Shown here piece after piece: positions 63,101 through 64,000 of a stretch of DNA of 64,000 nt. The stretch's first letter is position 1, and each line of letters starts with the position of its first letter. The notes below the pieces were generated by a model that searched no databases, had not been told where the DNA came from, and saw only the letters and a list, made by a program, of their open reading frames with translations. The stretch is from a virus. The stretch covers positions 1 to 64,000 of the IMG/VR virus record IMGVR_UViG_3300043446_005369; one strand, 5' to 3'. A program made the translations under genes and the position numbers.

Positions 63101-64000
63101 TAGACCTGATCCGGAATTTATCCAACCTGTTACAGTTTCTCCAGTAATGAATGAACCAGAAGAACCATAGTTTTCCAAAGAAGAATCAACAGCAATTTCT
63201 AATAATTTTGGAATAAAATCAACTGAACCATTTCCATCTAGGAAATGATAATACTGTGTTAGTGGTTTTAAATTAACAATAGAGAATTCAGTATTTCTAG
63301 ATCTCATATATTCTTCAGATCTAGATTCAATTAAATTGGTTGTACTAGAAGAACTTGTTATTGTATTTGTGCTTGTTGTGACATTTTGGGATGCACTTAT
63401 ACCTAAATCTGCAGTCGTACCTCTTCTATTTGGATCTGCGATACTAATGGATCTATTTTCTAAAAGAACTCGATCAGTTTCCAATAAAACATAATCAGTT
63501 ACTGAAATTGTTTTATTTGGCAATTGAACAGTTCTTACCCAATTATCTCTACTTGGAGACAATTTAATATTTCCTCTATAGGATACTATATTAAATGGAT
63601 TTACATTTTCAACTCTAGTTGCAAAAGGTTGTTCGATCCATTTTTTGGAGATATACTTTAATGTAACTGTTTTTCCTGTCTTTTGGACATTAGAATCAAT
63701 TAAGTCATAATTTGTAGATAAATCTATTTCTTCATCTATAATATTTGCAGCTGGAGCCAAATAATTTTTTAAGCTATTCCTAGAAACAATTGGAGTTAAT
63801 TCTTGATTATTTTTATCTATTTCAATAAAAGACACATTCGAATTTAATCTAGAAGTATCTTTAAAATCGTCAACAAAAAATCCAGTTTTAAATCTATCGA
63901 ATCCCTCAGCATCTTGTATCTGAAGAGTTTGGGTACTTAGTTCTAATAGTGACAAGGAAGTAACTCTTTCTAGATTCTTTACTCTATTTTCGATTGATCC
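60101..64000 (-). CDS. Large VrlC-like virion structural protein (N-terminus outside window)
   Basis: Frame stays open from 63955 to the edge; DRFKTGFFVDDF, NVNPF, DPLAQSF, GSLFKSQNGSIW, PKIKDLRTIA; typical position before gp13. Confidence 0.85.
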   Translation of the reverse strand, partial: GSIENRVKNLERVTSLSLLELSTQTLQIQDAEGFDRFKTGFFVDDFKDTSRLNSNVSFIEIDKNNQELTPIVSRNSLKNYLAPAANIIDEEIDLSTNYDLIDSNVQKTGKTVTLKYISKKWIEQPFATRVENVNPFNIVSYRGNIKLSPSRDNWVRTVQLPNKTISVTDYVLLETDRVLLENRSISIADPNRRGTTADLGISASQNVTTSTNTITSSSSTTNLIESRSEEYMRSRNTEFSIVNLKPLTQYYHFLDGNGSVDFIPKLLEIAVDSSLENYGSSGSFITGETVTGWINSGSGLYVPIITFRLAAPNHKYGPYNAPSEIFNINPYIKTESLSNFYNQSSKVLNIDTYSLSEEAQGLYSGYLVKGTRLIGETSGAIAYVKDLKLISDNYGDLIGSFFIRDPNTNPPPSVRINTGNKTYKVSSSSTNQTAAPGSTTISSAETNYTSEGVLELYETVITNQSTVTTTKTTTTTLTRTTATYFDPLAQSFSVGGSNTVNDDENGVFITSVDLFFYKKDSNNSPLTVELRTVELGTPTRTILGNSVTLKPDQINISDDGSIATTVTFDYPIFLEPALEYCIVLLAPESNEYEVFIAEMGEKTIQSRNLPDSQSVSYTQQFALGSLFKSQNGSIWTANQYQDMKFILYKAEFVTNTPGTAYFYNPTLNESNGYVKNLLGNPITTLPRKLTIGITTTTDSNIIDVLTPGRKISETTKTYVTGHIVGTGCSVSSVGITTGGKNYVTDNTGVLTYNISGNGSGLILNIEATAGIVTAVSIVNPGKGYSVGDIVGIVTSSISSNSGAGALITITGNNNGIDTLYLSNVKGQSFTNDGTAKLVYYNNSNAAITLDTTYIYSSSLSGDYSSGDYFKVNHFNHGMYAPNNKIKLSGITPNSSPTTLTQSLTNSSVIISVASTAQFASFEGIPVSNTNPGYVLIENEIIRYESVGNNSLGTITRGQDSTKIITHDINAFVYSYQLNGVSLRRINKTHDIFDSSIDMDEYYIKFLRNSNGTNRSSDGSLSNTPQLSFDSEGSFGGSQVFASENIQFDTIIPLYNVSMPSADTSISGKIRTVSGTSVSGDESSFVDLGYEEIQINTPNKLSSTRLICSKVNEDQYLNDLPRNKSFTTALTLSTSDKNLSPQIFLDNCFTDFHSYRINSPIFNYIKDNRVNSLISDPHSAIYVSNTVILAQNATSLKVIMSAYRHADSDFRVLYSLITPDSSEIATSFELFPGYDKLAGGNNSGLPDMYVRPSRENEYLEYEFTANNLSQFSGYIIKIVMSSTNQAYPPKIKDLRTIAIR

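Noticed and set aside
1-64000. Stop-codon reassignment, tRNA genes, group I introns
   Set aside because: Core genes are full length in the standard code using TAA, TAG and TGA stops; no cloverleaf seen in the short intergenic gaps; all large insertions are in-frame inteins

Overview
A 64-kb, AT-rich segment of a T4-like myovirus genome, most consistent with a cyanophage of the Kyanoviridae type (cobS, hsp20, mazG, 2OG-Fe(II) oxygenase, cytidyltransferase-like gene and a T4 core in cyanomyovirus order; host assignment is inference, no photosynthesis genes lie in this window). All credible genes are on the minus strand. Read from the right edge: large VrlC-like virion protein (truncated), neck/tail/terminase/head module (gp13-14-15-16-[3 extra genes]-17-18-19-20-67-21-22-23-3), uvsY/uvsW, gp55-47-46, vWA/peptidase plus cobS, gp45-44-62-regA-hsp20, gp43-uvsX-gp41-mazG, cytidyltransferase block, gp61-nrdA-nrdB, then three low-complexity accessory genes. 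Three LAGLIDADG-containing inteins are present, in the late sigma factor gp55, the portal gp20 and the large terminase gp17 (Ala1, class-3 type). The most notable unexplained pattern is a dispersed set of about 10 late-promoter genes that carry either a T4 internal-protein-like capsid-targeting leader (MK[TS]Fx[EQ]F..E) or a recurring acidic EGY module, flanking basic, Gly/Ala/Pro-rich shuffled payloads at candidate gp21 protease sites. This looks like a modular capsid-cargo system; function is inferred, not shown. No tRNA, rRNA or CRISPR array was seen. Product calls are from motif recognition and synteny only, with no database searches.
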